DNA of 64,000 nt from positions 1-64,000 of the forward strand of contig CAWJZV010000027.1 in the NCBI GenBank assembly GCA_963847445.1. The letters are read 5' to 3'. A program made the translations under genes and the position numbers. Shown here in pieces: positions 40,925 to 51,117 of this stretch. How positions within the stretch are numbered: position 1 is the stretch's first letter; every line of letters begins with the position of its first letter. The notes beneath the pieces are model-generated. The model was not told the DNA's origin, searched no databases, and was given only the letters and a program-made list of their open reading frames with translations. Source of the DNA: an uncultured delta proteobacterium. Its GTDB lineage: Bacteria > Desulfobacterota > Binatia > UBA9968.

Positions 40925-41727
40925 TCAAGCGGCTTCAGGAGCCACGCCTCCAATGCGTTGTTGTATTCCGCCGGCTTGGCGGCTTTCATGCCGTGGCCGA
41001 TGTTTTCCCAGAATTCCAAATTGCACCTGCGGCGGCGCGATGCGTTCGAGATAGCTCATCTCCTCGCGCATGATGGCGCCGCCGGCTTTGTGGTCGGCGA
41101 CCAGGATCGTCGTCGGCACGGCGATGCGTTTGAAGTGGTCCTCGAAGCCAAAGGCCCAGTCACGATTGTCGGTAAGCAGCCGGGTGAGCGCGTGGGCGGC
41201 GAAGTGGTGGTTGCGGTAGACCTCCGTGTCTTCGTCAGCCTGTGACAAGCCCTTTTGCTTGGCTTCGGCGCGGATCTCTGCTTCGGGCTTGCTGCGTCTT
41301 GCCAGCGCGTTGGGCAGCGCAGTCATGAAGGCGTGGATCATGCGCCAGTAGACCGGATCTTCCAGGAAAGCGCGGGAGATCAATCCGGCGAGTCGGAGGC
41401 GAGGATGGTGCCGATGTTGCCGCCCCAGGAGTGGCCGACGTAGGCGGGTCTTTTTAGTTCCAGATTCTGGATCAGTTGGCGAATGTCCTCGGCAAAGTCG
41501 CGCAGGCGGTAACCGGTCAGCGGCTTGTCCGACTCGCCATGGCCGCGCAGATCGGGAGCGATGATGCGATAGCGCTCGTGAAAATGTTCCGCGACCGCGC
41601 TCCAGCTCGCGGAGAAATTCGTCCAGCCGTGGACCAGCAGTAGTTCGGGTTTGCCGCGCTCGCCCCATTCTAAATAATGCAGTTTGATGCCTTGGACTTC
41701 GGTGAATTTGTGTTGTGGGTTGCTCAT
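40925..41727 (-). CDS. Alpha/beta hydrolase (frameshifts near 41385 and near the C-terminus)
   Basis: LHYLEWG, LVHGW, PDLRGHGESD, GHSWG. Confidence 0.85.
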
Positions 41728-41864
41728 TGAATCTGTTCCGTCTAGAGTTTGGAGTCAGCGTATGGTGATTCCGATGCTTCTAGTCGTTTAGTGATTATCT
41801 CACTTAGTAGAGACGTCAACTGTCCAGACCGTAGACGCCATTTGACGCTCGATTCGACCCACTG

Positions 41865-41893
41865 TTGACAGTCGTTGGAGCAGCGGTGATAGC
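41865..41893 (+). promoter_or_regulatory. Candidate sigma70 promoter for the TctC-SDR-amidohydrolase operon
   Basis: TTGACA-17 nt-GATAGC, 36 nt upstream of the start codon. Confidence 0.4.
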
Positions 41894-41929
41894 CAGGGTT
41901 ACGAAAGAACTTCTTCCGCGGAGGTAACT

Positions 41930-42990
41930 GTGAAAAAGTTATTCTCGTTGTTCGTGCTCCTGTTCTTCCTCGCGTGCGCGGGCTTGGCTGGCCGAACCTG
42001 GGCCGCTGCGGCGGACGACAAGGCGGTGGCGGATTTCTACCGCGGCAAGACGGTGAAAATTGTCGTCGGTTTTTCCGCGGGCGGCGGCTACGATGCCTAT
42101 TCTCGGGTGATCGGCCGGCATATTCAGAAACATATCCCGGGCAATCCCAGTGTCATCGTCGAAAACATGGCCGGCGCCGGCAGCATTCTTCTGGCCAACC
42201 ATATGTTCAACGTCGCGCCGAAGGATGGCACGGTGATCGGCAACTTCAGCGGCCAGATTATTCTTCGAGCAGCAGTTTGGCAATCCCGCGGTGCAGTACG
42301 ATCTGGCGAAGTTTCGTTTTCTCGGCGTGCCGATCGGCGAGACTTATTTGCTGATGGCGACGAACAAATCCGGCGTCACGAAGTTTGACGAGCTGCTCGG
42401 GGCCAAGTCGAAGCAGCTCACCGTCGGCGGCATCCCTGGCTCGACGGTGGAACAGGGGCCGATGCTGATGCGCGATCTGCTCGGCGCCAACATCAAAGTC
42501 GTCAGCGGCTACAAGGGCACGGCCGACGTCCGGCTGGCCATGGAGAGCGGCGAGATCGACGGCATTCTTCAACAGCTGGGAATCGACCAAGGTGACTTCG
42601 CTGGACCGCGTCAAAAACGGCGACTGGCAAATACTCGCGCAAGTCGGCGATCACCCGATCGCGGCGCTGCCGGTGAAGAACGTGCCGACGATCCCGCAGA
42701 TCGCCAAGACCGAGGAGCAGCGGCAGCTACTGCGTTTCGGCGCGGCCGCGCCCAATCAGTTCGCCAAAGTCTACGTGGTTCCACCAGGGACGCCGCCCGA
42801 CCGCGCCGCGGCCCTCGAAACGGCGTTGACGAGGACTTTCGCCGACAAAGAATTTCTCGCCGAAGCCGACAAAGGCAAGCTCGACATCGATCCGGTCTCG
42901 GCGCACACAGGTGCAGAAGATTGGTCAACGACTTTTTCGGCTTGCCGGCCGAGCTCAAAGCAAAGCTGAAAAAGATTCTTGCGACCATAG
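41930..42990 (+). CDS. TctC/Bug family substrate-binding protein (several frameshifts)
   Basis: DFYRGKTVKIVVGFSAGGGYD, ENMAGAG, VSGYKG, GEIDG, PPGTPPDR. Confidence 0.85.
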
Positions 42991-43004
42991 GTCGCAAGAT
43001 CTTC

Positions 43005-43120
43005 GTTCAAGCCGTTCAAGCGGTTCAATCCGTTCAAGACGACTCGGATTTCGCACGTTCCAAGTTCTTAAAACCTCCGAGACGCCTTGAACGGCTTGAA
43101 CCGAGCGTAGCGATTGAACG
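43005..43120. repeat. GTTCAA 9-mer inverted tandem element
   Basis: gttcaagccgttcaagcggttcaatccgttcaa ... ttgaacggcttgaaccgagcgtagcgattgaac. Confidence 0.78.
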
Positions 43121-43169
43121 CTTAGCGATACGGCAATTGCGATACAAGGTAACTACGGAGGATTGCAGA

Positions 43170-43934
43170 ATGGGTTTACTGGACGGCAAAGTGGTGGTGG
43201 TGACGGGCGGCGGGCATGGCATCGGCCGCGCCTATTGCATGGGGATCGCGCGCGAAGGCGGCACGGCGGTGGTCGCCGATATCGACGACAAGGCTGCCGA
43301 CGGCGTTGCCAAAGCGATCGCCGACAAGGGCGGCAAAGCACTGGCGACCAAGGTGGACGTGGCCAATTTCGCCAGCTGCCAGGAGATGGCGAAGAAAGCT
43401 CTCGGCAGCTACGGCCAGATCGATGGACTGATCAACAACGCGGCGATCTTCATGAGCGTGCCGGCGGAAAAAGGCAGCTGGCAGGATATCACCGAAGAAG
43501 CCTGGGACCGGATCATGGCGGTCAACGTCAAAGGCTTGTGGCTGTGCAGCCGGGCGGTGGTGCCGGCGATGCAGAAGCGCAAGCAGGGCAGCGTCGTCAA
43601 TATTTCCTCGAACATGGCGTTTAACGGCGGCTTGACGATGATGCACTACGTGACTTCCAAGGCGGCGGTGGTGGGATTCAGCCGTGTGCTCGCGCGGGAG
43701 CTGGGATCGGATAATATTCGCGTGAATACCTTGGCGCCGGCTCGACCATGAGCGAGGACAAAGCGACCGATGACGCGGTGAAGAACTACGAACGCTCGGC
43801 GTCGACGCGCATTCTCAAACGCATCGAGCAGCCGGAGGATCTTGGTTGGGACCGCGCTGTATTTGCTCTCGGATTTGAGCACATTTGTTACCGGGCAGAC
43901 GATTCTGGTCAATGGCGGGGCGGTGTTGCACTAG
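43170..43934 (+). CDS. SDR family oxidoreductase (frameshifts near 43740 and 43845)
   Basis: TGGGHGIG, INNAA, NISS, YVTSK, VTGQTILVNGG. Confidence 0.9.
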
Positions 43935-44046
43935 AAAAAAGGCAATAGCCATTGGGCAACAGGCAATAGTCGGCAATTTCGGATTAGTTGTTACAATCGA
44001 AAATCCAAAATCGAAAATCTAAAATGGACGGACGGAGGAAATCGCC

Positions 44047-45129
44047 ATGGGATGGGTAGACGCTGACGCGCATGTCGTCGAAAGTCCGCTGACGTGGGAC
44101 TACCTGACGCCATCGGAGAAAAAGTTTCGGCCGCAGTTGTTCAAGCCGGAGGATGACGATCAGAAGGCGCACTGGGTCATCGACGGCAAGATTCGCGGCT
44201 TGTTTCGCTTTACGTTCAGCAAAGAAGATCTCGACAAGAAGTCCGCCGAGATCGGCCGCGACGTGTCGACGACCATGGCCACCCGCGATCTTGCCGACGT
44301 GTCGGGGCGGATCAAGCATATGGACGAGCTGGGGATCGATATTCAGGTGCTTTACACCAGCATCTTTCTTGACCAGGTGACTGAGCGCGCCGATACCGAG
44401 GTCGCGCTGTGCGGCGCGTACAATCGCTGGATGGCGGACGTGTGGAGGCAGAGCAAGGGCCGGCTGCGCTGGATGGCGACACTGCCGCTATTGAGCATGG
44501 CCGATGCGTTGGATCAATTGAAGTTCGCCAAGGAGAACGGCGGCTGCGGTGTGTTCATGCGCCCGCTCGAAGGCGCGCGCCAGATCAGCGATCCGTACTT
44601 CTTTCCGATGTACGAGATGGCCGAGAAGTTGAACTTTTGCATCGGCTTGCACCAGGCCAACGGCAGCGCCGCGGCGGTGGACATGATGGTCAACCCGGAC
44701 GGCAGCCGCGATTTTTTCAATCAGTATCGGATTTTCAATGTCGGGGCGATGTTCCGCATTCTTAATTGTGGTATTCCTCAGAAGTTTCCCAAGCTGCGCT
44801 TTGGCTTTATCGAGACGGCAGCGTCTTGGGTGCCCTGGGTGATTTACGAGCTGCGCCGCCGTTTGGATACGGTGAACAGCAAATTGCCCAATGATCTCTT
44901 GGAGCGCTGCGGCATCTTCGTTACCTGCCAGATCGGCGACGATGTGCCCTATCTGATCAAGAACTGTATGGGCGAAAACACTTTGATGATCGGCACCGAC
45001 TACGGCCACGCCGATTCGTCGACCGAGTTGGACGCCCTGACGACGTTAAAAGACGACGGCGGCATCAGCGCGGCGATGCACAAGAAGATCGTCGAAGATA
45101 ACCCGCGAGTGTTTTACGGGTTGAATTAA
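44047..45129 (+). CDS. Amidohydrolase_2 family protein
   Basis: DADAH, HMDELGIDIQVLY, GLH, FIETAASW, GTDYGHAD, NPRVFY. Confidence 0.88.
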   Translation: MGWVDADAHVVESPLTWDYLTPSEKKFRPQLFKPEDDDQKAHWVIDGKIRGLFRFTFSKEDLDKKSAEIGRDVSTTMATRDLADVSGRIKHMDELGIDIQVLYTSIFLDQVTERADTEVALCGAYNRWMADVWRQSKGRLRWMATLPLLSMADALDQLKFAKENGGCGVFMRPLEGARQISDPYFFPMYEMAEKLNFCIGLHQANGSAAAVDMMVNPDGSRDFFNQYRIFNVGAMFRILNCGIPQKFPKLRFGFIETAASWVPWVIYELRRRLDTVNSKLPNDLLERCGIFVTCQIGDDVPYLIKNCMGENTLMIGTDYGHADSSTELDALTTLKDDGGISAAMHKKIVEDNPRVFYGLN

Positions 45130-45772
45130 GAGTCGGATTCGGATTCATTCACCACAAAAGCTGCAAAGACCACAAAGTTCCGGATGCGGAGATTTAGTCG
45201 CAGAGAACGCAAAGGGCGCTAAAAAATAAAAAACGAACAAATCACTGAATGAAGGTCGCACGAGCCTTCGCCTCCGGTTGTCCTCAGTCTTTGCACAATA
45301 AGTTTTTATCTATTCGTTGTTGACGCTGTGTGCGTGAGATGTCGGCGCAGTGGCACTCCCGATTGGCAAAGCGCCTCAACCAGGTCGGCTCGACGCATTG
45401 GTTTGGCATACACCTACTCTTCTGCATCTTCCTCGTACTCCTCGATAACCGAGTCGGAGAGATGCGCGATAGGTGGGGCTGCGCGCCCAGCCCCCGGACA
45501 CTATCACAATCGGATCGTAGGGGCGGCTTCTTGATCTAGAGGCCCGCGGTCGTAGCGAAAAGACCGGCCGGCGCAAATCGTTTAACAACTGTCGTGGATC
45601 TGCTGCTGCGGCTATCGCGGCGCAACGATGTGCAACCGTATGTCCATGTTGGGTTGCAGTAGCCAAAAGGTCGGCCATGCGGAGGATTTACCCGAGTAGA
45701 TCGAGGTACTATAGTGTGCTCAAAGGTCGATCTATGCACGCTTTATGGCTCGGCCTCAGCGCTCGTTGAGCT

Positions 45773-46220
45773 CCACAGCACATCGATTTGCTCGATGGTG
45801 CGGAGTGTCACATCATCGTAGTTGAGGGGGAGACGTTCAAGAGGAGGAGGACGATCGCCTCTCCACTCCCCAAGAACCGCTTGGCGATCGTTCCGTGGAA
45901 TCCAAATCTGCATGCCCATCCGAGCTCCGATGCGTATTCAGCGAGTAGCGCCTGAATGCGAGATGGACTCGCGAATTTCTGTGGCGGGATCAAAGCATCC
46001 GTAATACGGGTCATGGGATTCGGTCGCTACTTGAGCACGGTGAGACTGAGACAGAGATTCTTTGGTCCCGCGAACTCGTGCGGTAATTATGCGCTGAAAG
46101 TCACTCTCGTCAACATGCCAGGTACGCGCATCGGGGCTAATCTGTCCCGCCAAAAGACGTTCCAGAAGTCTGGAAACTTGCCATCATTCCAGTGACAGCT
46201 TCTGCACAAGGCTACCGGAC
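45773..46220 (-). pseudogene. Fragment resembling the central part of EVE-domain / PD-(D/E)XK putative restriction nucleases
   Basis: Joined frames give EIRES.RIQALLA.IGARMGMQIWIPRNDR...LERLPLNYDDVTLRTIEQIDVLW, then break off; family assignment is from recall. Confidence 0.55.
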
Positions 46221-46270
46221 GTGACAGTAGTCGAGTTACTCCTCGAGGTTTCGTTCGCATGCTCCCCGTG

Positions 46271-46430
46271 TAAAGCACTGGTGTCGAGAAAGTAAATCAC
46301 AGGCGATCGTCGCGAGCTTCGATAATGTCGCTCGCTCAAGCCGGCAAGTTTCTTGCCGATCGCGAGCGTCTTACGCAAATCGGACCTTGCCTTTGATCGG
46401 TCCGATCAGTCGGTCCAAGCCCGGGCAACC
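46271..46430 (-). pseudogene. vapBC junction remnant (antitoxin C-terminus plus PIN toxin N-terminus)
   Basis: ...DIIEARDDRL* with overlapping GTGA start VIYFLDTSAL, then loss of homology. Confidence 0.65.
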
Positions 46431-46442
46431 TTGTTGAATAAC

Positions 46443-46531
46443 GCTGCTTGATAAACTCCGACGCTCGAGTTCCTGCACCAAGCTCATATCGACGAAACTT
46501 TTCGGGTCGGCGGCGCCGGCTATTTTGGCGC
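46443..46531 (-). repeat. Displaced duplicate of the 3' end of the neighbouring NMT1-like gene (second copy 47313-47402)
   Basis: 29-nt identical core tcctgcaccaagctcatatcgacgaaact at 46471-46499 and 47342-47370; encodes AADPKSFVDMSLVQELE. Confidence 0.9.
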
Positions 46532-46599
46532 ACAGAACCACTTCGTAACTTATGTGGAAATTCCGGCTGCGCGATGGTTCTGAGGCTCCCAGGTGTCGG

Positions 46600-46866
46600 C
46601 TAAGGCTTCGAGCGCCGGGCCGGATTCGGCCAGTCGTGCAAAATCGCCGGATCGAAATCCGCACCGTTGGGCCAGACGAGCGTGTGCGCTTCGGGATCGA
46701 TGCTGACTTGGTCGAAAACTGCGGTGTCTCGCAAAGGTTCGTAAACTTCCCCCTTCAGCACAGGGTGAAAATCTACGATTTGGGATGTGCCGTCATCGAA
46801 GTGGACGCGTAAAGTGAATGGCGCGATCTTGTGAAACGATACAACGCGATGAATTTGGTGGGTCAT
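46600..46866 (-). CDS. DUF2442 domain protein (partner in the DUF4160/DUF2442 TA-like pair)
   Basis: LRVHFDDG, GEVYEPLRD..F.QV.ID, TLVWPNGADFDP..L. Confidence 0.85.
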   Translation of the reverse strand: MTHQIHRVVSFHKIAPFTLRVHFDDGTSQIVDFHPVLKGEVYEPLRDTAVFDQVSIDPEAHTLVWPNGADFDPAILHDWPNPARRSKP

Positions 46867-46879
46867 GGGCGCATCCTAC

Positions 46880-47180
46880 GTTCAATGGCTCAATGCTTAA
46901 CTCGCGAAGCTTCGAGGCCGCTGATGGCCAATGGTCGGTGCGCAATTCGCCTGTAACTCCTCGTTGGTGCAGCTCGGCCCAAGCTTTCAAAACGAGCTCG
47001 TTCTTGCCGCCTCGGCATTGCGCCAGCCAATCGTACTCGATCTTGGCGATATCGTAAATCGCAACATGCTCCTGCTAATACGCGTCAAAGTGCGACGCTA
47101 GTGCTGCGGCCATCTCCGTGCCAATCGCCGAGCACGTCCGATTGACAATCGCCGAGAGAGTTTTCCGAGAACTCCCAGGC
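46880..47180 (-). pseudogene. DUF4160 domain protein, heavily disrupted
   Basis: Fragments HF.AY.QEHVAIYDI, MPRRQE, AWAELHQ and IEPL directly upstream of DUF2442. Confidence 0.65.
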
Positions 47181-47298
47181 TTTGGCTCTGCGATGTGACG
47201 TTAAGGTGCAGCGGTTCTAAGCACAGGTCTTTTAAAACTTTACCAGGAGGAGGCGGGTTATGCATACGCATGAGTCACCTAAACGAGTCGAATCCCAG

Positions 47299-48287
47299 TT
47301 ACCGCTTATACAGCTGCTTGATAAACCCCGACGCTTCCAACTCCTGCACCAAGCTCATATCGACGAAACTCTTCGGATCGGCGGCGCCAGCTTTTTTGTC
47401 GCGCGGGGCCATGTCGTCGAGCAGGGTTTTGACGCCTTCGGCGTGCGGATAAGGAACTTCGGGGAAGGCGGCTGTTGTAGGCTTTGTAGGCGCGCTCGAG
47501 TCCTTCGGGGTCTTTGGTTTTGAGATTTTTGCCGATCAGCGCTTTGGTGTCCTCTTTGTTGGTCTTAATGTAGTGCAGCGCTTCGGTGAAGGCGCGCACG
47601 ACTTTTTGCACCAGCGGCCGGCGTTCTTTGACGGTCTTTTCCCGGGTGACGATGGCGTTGACGTGGTAGGGAATCTTCAGCGTGCCGATGTCGAAGAGAT
47701 CGCGGAAGCCGAGTTTTTCCGCTTCGCGCACCAGCGGTTCGCCGAGGAGTGTGAACTGGGTGATATTGTTCGCCAACGCGGCGAGGCGCTGGGGATTTTC
47801 GCCCGTGGCGATGATTTTGGTTTCCTTTTCCGGGTCCACTCCCAAGCGGCGCAGGGCGAGCCGCAGCGTCATGTCGGAGGTGGTGCCTAGGCGGTTGACG
47901 CCGCCAAATTTGCCCTTGAGCTGCTCGATGGTCGTGATGCTGCCCAGGGAAACGATGTGGTCGATGAACAGCGGCAGGTTGGTCGATACCATGACGGTGT
48001 CGGCGCCGGCGAGTTTAGAAGTCACCAGCGTCGCCGAAGGAGCGACGATGAAATCGACTTCGCCGGTGAGCAGCGCTTGAATGACGATCGTGCTGGCGCT
48101 GATGCTGATGACCTCGAGCGTTGAGGCCATTGCGCTTGAAAAAGCCTTTTTGGTCGGCGACCCAGATGGGCGTATTAGACGGCGTGCTGCCGGCCCAGGC
48201 GATGCGCATGCGCTCCTGGGCTGAGGCGACGCTTGTCACCGTTGCGCAGATAAGTAAAGACAGGACCATGGGAACGATTCGATGCAT
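47299..48287 (-). CDS. ABC substrate-binding protein, NMT1/SsuA-like (frameshifts near 48120 and 47465)
   Basis: PIWVADQKGFFKRNGL, LKGKFGGVNRLGTT, FVDMSLVQELEASGFIKQLYKR*. Confidence 0.85.
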
Positions 48288-48318
48288 GAGGTACTCCTGA
48301 CACTTAAAGATTGCGCGG

Positions 48319-48348
48319 ACTATAGCGTCTGGCTGTTTTTGCTGTCAA
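48319..48348 (-). promoter_or_regulatory. Candidate sigma70 promoter
   Basis: Minus strand TTGACA-18 nt-TATAGT, ending about 31 nt before ATG 48287. Confidence 0.55.
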
Positions 48349-48492
48349 TCACGGTGCGTGCGTCTTCTTGGACAATTGGCATCCCGGGGCGATCGTGTTT
48401 ATGATGGCGGATAGATACCGAGGTAAGAAACAAAGCATGCGGTCGATTATCATAGTTGCCGGACAGTTCGTGGTGGATCCGCGTTTTGGTTC

Positions 48493-49272
48493 ATGGTCAC
48501 CGAAGAAGAAAATAATTTATTAAAGCAGACCGGCAAGGGCACGCCTTGCGGCGAGCTGATGCGGCGTTATTGGCAGCCGGCGGCGTTGTCGGAAGATGTG
48601 CCGGCGGACAAGCCGTTTCCGGTGCAGCTGTTCGGCGAGGAGCTGATTCTCTTCCGCGACGGGGAGGGCAAGCCGGCTTTGATCGGCCGCTACTGCGCGC
48701 ATCAGGGCGTCGATATGATTTATGGCCGGGTCGAGCCGGACGGGCTGCGCTGCATGTATCATGGCTGGCTGTTCGACACTTGCGGCAAGGTGCTGCTGCG
48801 CGGCGACTGGCTGCCGGAGAAAGAGCGGCGATGGGATGTCGGCCAGCCGTCCTATCCTTGCGTCGAAGCGGGCGGGATCATTTTTGTTTATATGGGGCCG
48901 GGCGATGCGCCGGCGTTGCCGCCCTATGAATGTCTCGCCAAGCAACCGGCAGGGCGTCCGCCGACGAAAGTTTTGCGCGCGGAAAATTACCTGCGAGGGA
49001 TTGCCGACGGTGCAAACCCGCCGGCCGATGGCGCCAAATTCGTCATGCCCAATATGCTGACCGCTCAAGGCATCGCCTCCGGCAAACAAAACTCGCTGCG
49101 CTGGCATGTGCCGGTCGACGACGTTTCCCATGTTGAATTCACCGTGAGCTATCGCGGCGCTGGGCGGTTCTCGGATGAACCGCAGGTATCGCCGCGCCAG
49201 GCGCTGCTCGCGGGGATTGAAATTATTCGCGCCGAGCGAGCTGCGCCGCCCGAATCCAGCGAGAAAAGTTAG
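48493..49272 (+). CDS. Rieske [2Fe-2S] protein, phthalate-4,5-dioxygenase-like N-terminus with a shortened catalytic domain
   Basis: GELMRRYWQP; CAH...CMYHGW; only 259 aa. Confidence 0.8.
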   Translation: MVTEEENNLLKQTGKGTPCGELMRRYWQPAALSEDVPADKPFPVQLFGEELILFRDGEGKPALIGRYCAHQGVDMIYGRVEPDGLRCMYHGWLFDTCGKVLLRGDWLPEKERRWDVGQPSYPCVEAGGIIFVYMGPGDAPALPPYECLAKQPAGRPPTKVLRAENYLRGIADGANPPADGAKFVMPNMLTAQGIASGKQNSLRWHVPVDDVSHVEFTVSYRGAGRFSDEPQVSPRQALLAGIEIIRAERAAPPESSEKS

Positions 49273-49286
49273 CTTGGTAACTTCAA

Positions 49287-50369
49287 TCAAGCGAGCAAGC
49301 GGCCGAGGTTGACGATCACTTCTTCGATGTCGTCGAGCGAGTTCCAGCGCGGTGAGCCGCCCATGTGCGGAGTGACGATGACGTTGGGAAATTTTATCAA
49401 CGGATCATCGGCGTCGCCCGGTTCTTCGTAAAAAGTGTCGAGGCCGAAACCGCCTAGCCGTTGTGATTCCAGGGCGCGTTGCAGCGCGTGGCGTTCGACT
49501 AAGTTCGGTTGCGAGACGTTGATTAAGAATGCGCCGGGCTTGATGACTGAGAGTTCACCTGCACCGATGAAGTTGACGGTCGCCGGACTGCGCGGCAAGT
49601 GCAGGCTGATGAAGTCCGAGCCGGCAAGCAGTTCGTCTAGCTTCATGTACGTCGCCTGATATTGCTCTTCCACCGCGGCGGGCAAGCGCGTGCGCTGGTG
49701 ATAAGCGATGCGCATGCCGAGGGCGATGGCGCGCAAAGCTAGTTCCCTGCCGATCTCGCCGAGTCCGACGATGCCGAGTTGGCGCTGGTAGAGCGTGATC
49801 ATGCCGGGGATGCGCGCCCAGTTGCCGTTGGGCGTGTGTTGGCGATTGTAGGTCGTCGGCCGGTAGCCGGCATTGCTGAGTTGTTGGTTGCTAATCAGGT
49901 TGGCGTTCTGCGTCACCTGGCGCGCCAGGGCGAGCATGAGCATCAAGCCTTGTTCCGCGGTCGAAATGTTCGCCCGGCGTCTGATCGTCAAGACTTTTGC
50001 GTTGGCTTTCGCACAAGCTTCTTCGTCGATGTTGCGCGTCGTGAAGCCGTACTTATGCACGAATCTGAGTTTCGCGCCGGCAGCGGCGACTTCTTGCGGT
50101 CCGAAAGAAAGTTCTTCAATGACGACGACAGTTGCGCCGGGGAGATTCGTTAGCAACTCTTCCTGGCTGTCGACCAAGCGGACATCCGATGGGTAAAGAT
50201 TTTTCGCCTGGGCGCGGATTCTGTCACACCAGCCGCGGAAATCCGCCAGGTCGTGCAAGCAAAAGTGCGCGAAGGCGGCAATCCGTTCTTCGGCTGCCGA
50301 CGGATCGAGGACGACTTCGATCAAGCGCAGGAAGGTGTCGTTTTCGACGACGAATTGTAGCTGATGCAT
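49287..50369 (-). CDS. D-isomer-specific 2-hydroxyacid dehydrogenase family protein
   Basis: STAEQ, GIVGLGEIG, SDFISLHLP, LDTFYEEP, VTPHMGG. Confidence 0.85.
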   Translation of the reverse strand: MHQLQFVVENDTFLRLIEVVLDPSAAEERIAAFAHFCLHDLADFRGWCDRIRAQAKNLYPSDVRLVDSQEELLTNLPGATVVVIEELSFGPQEVAAAGAKLRFVHKYGFTTRNIDEEACAKANAKVLTIRRRANISTAEQGLMLMLALARQVTQNANLISNQQLSNAGYRPTTYNRQHTPNGNWARIPGMITLYQRQLGIVGLGEIGRELALRAIALGMRIAYHQRTRLPAAVEEQYQATYMKLDELLAGSDFISLHLPRSPATVNFIGAGELSVIKPGAFLINVSQPNLVERHALQRALESQRLGGFGLDTFYEEPGDADDPLIKFPNVIVTPHMGGSPRWNSLDDIEEVIVNLGRLLA

Positions 50370-50468
50370 AAATTTCGTTCAACAGTTCAACGGTTCAGAA
50401 GGTTCAAGGTTGAGGACTCGCGGATTTGCCCTCACGTTGAACATTTGAACCCGTGGGAGAGCGAATAC

Positions 50469-50996
50469 TCAGGGTTCCGGGTCGATTTTTAGTGCCTGTA
50501 AAACTCTTGTGAACATGTTGTAGGTACCGATGAGCATGGTCAGTTCGACGGTTTGGCGTTCGCTGAAGTGTCGGCGCACTTCGGCGAACAGGTTGTCCGG
50601 TACCTCGATTTCGCGCGTCATGGTGTCGGTGTAGGCAAGCAGGGCGCGCTGCTTATCGTTGAATAGCTTCGATGGTTGCCAGTCGGCGATGGCGGTGACC
50701 TGCTCGGGCGTCAAGCCTTCCTTCAGTGCGTAGGCCGGTCCATGGGCGCGTTGGACGTATTCGACATTGTTCAATAGCGCCACGCGGATGACCGCGATCT
50801 CGCGGCACTGGCCGTCGATCTCGGTGCCGTAGCGCACGGCTTGGTTGAACTCGAACCAGGCATTGGCCAGCGTCGGACTATGCAGCATCAAGCGATAGAC
50901 GTTGATCAGCCGCCCGCCGCGGGCGCCTTTGATTTTGGCGATAGTGTCGGCGAGCTCGGGATGATCGGCTTCGCCGATTAATGCTACGCGTGCCAT
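50469..50996 (-). CDS. Carboxymuconolactone decarboxylase / AhpD-like protein
   Basis: NVYRLMLHSP, REIAVIRVA, EYVQRAH, ALLAYTD, VELTMLIG.YN. Confidence 0.85.
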   Translation of the reverse strand: MARVALIGEADHPELADTIAKIKGARGGRLINVYRLMLHSPTLANAWFEFNQAVRYGTEIDGQCREIAVIRVALLNNVEYVQRAHGPAYALKEGLTPEQVTAIADWQPSKLFNDKQRALLAYTDTMTREIEVPDNLFAEVRRHFSERQTVELTMLIGTYNMFTRVLQALKIDPEP

Positions 50997-51019
50997 GAGT
51001 ACCTCGAATTGCAAAACGT

Positions 51020-51103
51020 GTTCAAGCCGTTCAACCGCTTTGCTCCGTTCAAATCGTTCAAGACGTCGGCTTGGGTTCCAGTCGTTCCAGTGGTTCCAAC
51101 GGT
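51020..51103. repeat. GTTC(A/C)A 9-mer tandem element
   Basis: gttcaagccgttcaaccgctttgctccgttcaaatcgttcaa...gttccagtcgttccagtggttccaacg. Confidence 0.75.
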
Positions 51104-51117
51104 TGCAGTTGTTTAGA

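Noticed and set aside
43005-43120. GTTC repeats as LexA (SOS) boxes
   Set aside because: Spacing is GTTC-N3 to N5, not GTTC-N7-GTTC or GAAC-N4-GTTC, and the arrays follow stop codons of non-SOS genes
45328-45740. Short ORFs downstream of the amidohydrolase
   Set aside because: No recognisable homology or RBS; probably further decayed sequence
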